From Paraspadella gotoi (Eukaryota > Animalia > Chaetognatha), in assembly GCA_051294375.1 (NCBI GenBank), contig CM119265.1:6395489-6459488 (forward strand): DNA of 64,000 nucleotides. Direction: 5' to 3'. Positions 59,701 through 64,000 of this stretch are shown piece after piece. The notes below the pieces were generated by a model. The model was given only the letters and a program-made list of their open reading frames with translations, was not told where the DNA came from and did not search any database. Made by a program: the position numbers and the translations under genes. Position 1 is the stretch's first letter. The number at the start of each line of letters is the position of its first letter.

Positions 59701-62700
59701 TCGGGGTTTGGTTGAGGAGAAGCGTCCAAGCCGTTGGTAACTATGATCCCCACTGACGATTCACCATCGCTCGGAGAGGCACCTTGAGTTAAAATAATGA
59801 AAAAATATATATAATATATATATATATAAAGCTTATATAATTATGCTTATATGAACATAGGCATAAAAACTGCACCACTTTTTAACTTTAAATCACAGAC
59901 GCTCCATAAGAATATTTTTAGAATTTTTAATAAAAAGGAATCAATGAGAGTAACTACCTGAGCAATTCTGATAAAATTCAAACTTAATCGGTAAAAAATT
60001 TAAATTTTCAAAATCATTATTAACCTGTATTTTTAATCACCCTGAAATTATCATTAGAGGATCTGGGTAAATCTAGTTGACCAGTTACCTTACCCAGTTT
60101 AATTTACCTGGAATCGGAATAGCATTCGATCGTGACGTCGGGGTGGAAGGGCTCGATTCTGAAGTCAACGGAGTTTCGGAAAACGCGTCATTACTAAAAT
60201 CGTAAGACGTGAACTTTATAAGTCGAGCATCTCTCCGACAGGTCGAAAAACGTTTTTACGATAACCGAACCTGACTAGCGTCGCTGACGAGCCTTCAGAC
60301 AAGGGAACGGACAATAAACTTGACGATGTTCCGTCTGTTCCGAAAATGAAGTTTGCTTTATTCACATTAATTTACAAGTAGATTTCAACCGACTTAATCG
60401 GTAGACCGAACCTTCAGTGACAGTGGACTGAGTCGCGCTAAAATGACTAGACATGATGATCTCGTTGTTGTTGTCCATCCGAAAAGCAACCTCGTCCTTC
60501 AACTTCTTGAGATTGAGGACATGAACCTCGGAAAGCAGGACGACGGGTCCGAGATCCCGCAGTTCACCGTCACCGCGCCACCCATTAATTGTGACCAATC
60601 TTTCGTCAGCAGCATCCACGGGGGACGGCGAACGAAAGGGGTGGACCAGGACTTCCAGCTCCAAAGCCCTCATGTGGCGAATATGATGACATCTAAAGTT
60701 GCAATCAAATTTTAAGGAAATTAATTTGTTTTTGATTAAGGATTAAGGATTAAGTTTGGAAGACAAAAGTGATCGACGAATTCTTCCTTTACCTTAACAA
60801 AATATCTTGATATACTGAAAATGCTCGTTGTGTATCTCCTCTATCGGCATGAAATTCTTCCAAGTAACGTTCCAACTCTTTAAAGAGCGTAGGATATTTT
60901 TCTAATCTGAAAAGAATTATGAGACTCATTAATAATTATCTCAGACAGACAGACGACCCCGATGAAGTTTCGCCACTTTATAAAAATCTAGCAAAGAAGG
61001 GATGAATCACTGTTCTTCATAATTCCAATTCATTTTTATTTCTGCCTAGAAAAAGAAGTTTTTTTTTTTTTAATTTTTAATATTTTTGGTCTTAGCTTGC
61101 CATAAGGAAAAAAAGAAAAGTTTTAAATTAAAATTATTTATATTCTCTTTAGTCTACCTACCTCCTAAAGACGGAGGAGAGAGATTGGGTGAGGTACAAG
61201 TCACCGGGAGGCGTAACTCCAACTTCTTGCTCCAAAAACGAAGTTAATTCTTCCTTCCTCTGCATGAGAACGTCAATGGCCGAGGGATGATTGGCGAAGT
61301 AAATTTCGTAAAGAGCCTTCGCTTTTGGAGCACCACTGCAATAAATAAAAAAGTAAAAAATGATAAAAAAATAAACGTTAAAAACAGAAACGAAAAATCA
61401 CGAAACGAAAGGAAACCAAAATATGCATCGAGCAAGAAATAAAATTTTAAAAAATAAAAGGAATCACCTTAAAAATAATCCGCCAACTCTTTGTTCATGA
61501 ATCGGCAAATGTTTAATTTCTTCTAATTTTCGAAGTAATTCCTGTCATTTTGTCAGAAATTGTGTGAAATTTTTTTTTGTTGCAGGGACCGGGTGATTGG
61601 TTGTGATTGTTTACAAATTGTGTTGTAAACAATGGGGAAAAGAAAAAAAAACGAACAAAACTATGAAATGAGGAACCAAGGTAAAACAAAACGCGATACA
61701 AACTAAATTGTGAATCTTAAGAGGATGTCTAATTTGGAACATTATATTAAAAAGTTATACCTAAAATTTACAATTTAAACTATTTTAGCACTGAATATGA
61801 CAAATTATGCAGAAAAATTAAGGAAAATTAATAACCCTAAATATTAATAAAATATACCCAGTTTCGGTTTTAGCAGATTACTAATTTAATTTTATATTAG
61901 ATAGTTTTTTATTATATGTGCTTGCGATGACGTTTTAAGAAATATTTTAATTTTAATTTTTGTTTGCTTTACATTGCCAAATCTAACGATTTTTCCCTCT
62001 CCCCCCCCTCTCTCTCTCTCTTTCACCAGTTTAAAATTTACTTTCTCTCTCTTTCCCTGACCTCATCTTCACCTGTCCTCACATCTAACCACTATCCTTT
62101 TCTCAATTCTTTGTTGGAAACTTTATATCCATCTTTCTCATAGCAAATTAATTAACAAAACCCTAACGTTTTAGTACTTGCTATTGCTTTCCAAATAGTT
62201 CATCGCCCTTAATAATTACAAAAAAAGAAGTTCGATACGCCGATACAAAGCAAACCTGATGAAATGCGAGAATGTCGTCAAGATTCCCGCCAAGTTTGGA
62301 AACTTCCTCCGAACTCAAGTTTCTCGCAAAACTCGTTAAAGGTGAACCAAGAGGCAGTGATGTTGACATGATTACATCAGCAACGTCAGCTGGGAAAGAA
62401 CCAGGTTTTAGAAACAAATTACTAAATATGATTATAACCAATTAATACGAGAGATCGGATCAGAAAGAAAAAAAAAATGTAAAGCATTATTACATGCCAC
62501 GTGGTTGTTGGGCAGCGACGAACTGACTTCGCCGAGCTTTTCCTCCGCTCCACTCCCGCATCGAAGCCTCAGTGGGATGAGCACCGAGGATATCAGAGCG
62601 CGCATGTCGGCGACGAAGGCGGCCTCCGAGTCTATGATGTTATCGAGGACGACGTTGTGATAAAGGATCATGCTCTCGCGTTTGCGCGTCGGAAAATCTT

Positions 62701-63155
62701 TGAGTTGATGAGAAGCGGCGTCGTTCTGCACGGCCGAAGTGGCCAAGGAGGAGGCCAGGCCGACTGAGTCATCGTCACCAACCGCGCCGCCCGGATCCTT
62801 CGCAGCATGTCCATTCACTTGCGTCTCTTCGACGACGGGAAGAGACCCGACCGAAGCACTCGAGCAAGAAGCTACGGCGCCAGTAGGAGTCACGTAGTTT
62901 GAAGGAAACCAACCGGTTTTGCCGTTGAAGCTTCCCTCCCACCATCCACCGTCGATTTGTTGAGTCACGGTGATAACATCGCCTTGGATGGGAGGACAGA
63001 TAAAGATAAATGGTAACAAGAACCAGACCATCAATGTAATTCTCTATACGTATAGGAAAATTTCCCAGCTTGCCTTTTTTAAAATTTAGTTCGTCGTTGT
63101 TCATGCCCCGGAACCGAAAGTTTGCTCGGACTAGAATGGGCGACGGTGTCGCCAT
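56750..63155 (-). CDS. ARHGEF7: Rho guanine nucleotide exchange factor beta-PIX (SH3-DH-PH, GIT-binding region, coiled coil; no CH domain seen)
   Basis: SH3 [35 protein letters not shown]; [36 protein letters not shown]; [16 protein letters not shown]; [10 protein letters not shown]; [13 protein letters not shown]; [23 protein letters not shown]. Confidence 0.93.
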
Positions 63156-63479
63156 ATTTTTAATGGAGATGAGAATTTGAAATAAGATTAAAATGTTTTC
63201 TTTGCGAAACTTTCAAAAATTCCAGTTTTTTGTCTCGGTTCAAATAAGGCAGAAATCAAATTTTTAACCTGTTCCATCTAAAGAAAACAAAACCATTTTG
63301 AAAGTAAATTAAAATATCTCAAGAGAAGTCTCTCTTTCACACAAAAACGAAAAAGAAAAACAAAAAATAATCAGAACTACTAGTCGGGCAAAAAACTACT
63401 AACGAAAAAAAAAAATCTAACATTTGAATCGAATTCTTCATCCTCGATAACTCAAGACTCGTGAGTGGAAAATACTGAT

Positions 63480-64000
63480 CTATGAATGAAGGGCAAAGCC
63501 TGCTTGCACAAGGCGATCGGCGACCAAATTGGCGACTTCTTGTGTTCCAAGGCGAACGCGGTGAATCAGCCCATCCGCTGTTTTTTTGACAGAGTTGCAC
63601 CGTAAAACCAAATTATCTGCAGAAGAGATAGTAAAAGTGGGTTTTAAGGTCCTATCTTCAGAGAAAAAAAAACCCTTGTCCAAACCTTGTTCTTCACAAA
63701 TAGACAACATCGAATCGGCCGCGCTGTCCTGCCAATCGCCATTAGCACGAATTCCATCTAGCATGCAGTGAAACGCCAACGGACGAATATCAGCGAGAAC
63801 TGGTGGCAGTTTTCGAACACATTCCTGTCGACCGAAAAGAGATGGGTTAATGAGGAACCTCGAGATTTGATTAGGACCAAGTCTTACCGGTTTTAACGGC
63901 ATTTCCTCCACATTTCCAAAGTCAATAAATCTGATTTCGACGATTCTGCGGTCTCCTTTAGTCCTTATTCCCTGAACTTCGCCGCGATACCATTTACCGT
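63480..64000 (-). CDS. Extended Tudor-domain protein, 3' end (gene starts beyond the window); introns 63825-63887 and 63617-63673
   Basis: GKWYRGEV...VEIRFIDFGNVEE aromatic-cage motif, then RKLPPVLADIRPLAFHCMLDGI..W..A and VADRLVQAGFA, as in extended Tudor domains of TDRD proteins. Confidence 0.85.
   Translation of the reverse strand, partial: GKWYRGEVQGIRTKGDRRIVEIRFIDFGNVEEMPLKPVRLGPNQISRFLINPSLFGRQECVRKLPPVLADIRPLAFHCMLDGIRANGDWQDSAADSMLSICEEQGLDKGFFFSEDRTLKPTFTISSADNLVLRCNSVKKTADGLIHRVRLGTQEVANLVADRLVQAGFALHS

Overview
This is eukaryotic (invertebrate animal) DNA from a compact genome. GC-rich exons are split by many short (about 50-100 nt) AT-rich spliceosomal introns, so most ORF-track entries are exon fragments or antisense shadows. 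Genes: the last exon of a PRKX/PKA-C3-type kinase (+); an intronless pikachurin/EGFLAM-like EGF-LamG protein (-); an orphan TSP1-domain type I membrane protein (+); then five tightly packed minus-strand genes, in transcription order a Tudor-domain protein (3' end only), beta-PIX/ARHGEF7, eIF2B-beta, pecanex and non-muscle myosin II heavy chain. Non-coding DNA holds several MITE-like elements, a Helentron/DINE-1-like remnant, micro/minisatellites and Penelope-type hammerhead motifs. Best leads: (1) in-frame candidate cassette micro-exons in both loop 1 and loop 2 of the myosin motor, each behind a GC 5' splice site; (2) a minimal hammerhead ribozyme enclosed by a perfect 23-bp inverted repeat, sense to the pecanex pre-mRNA; (3) an operon-like five-gene array with unpaired splice acceptors; (4) a possible secreted/membrane switch in the TSP1 gene; (5) a candidate exitron in pecanex. 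All calls were made by eye, without database searches.
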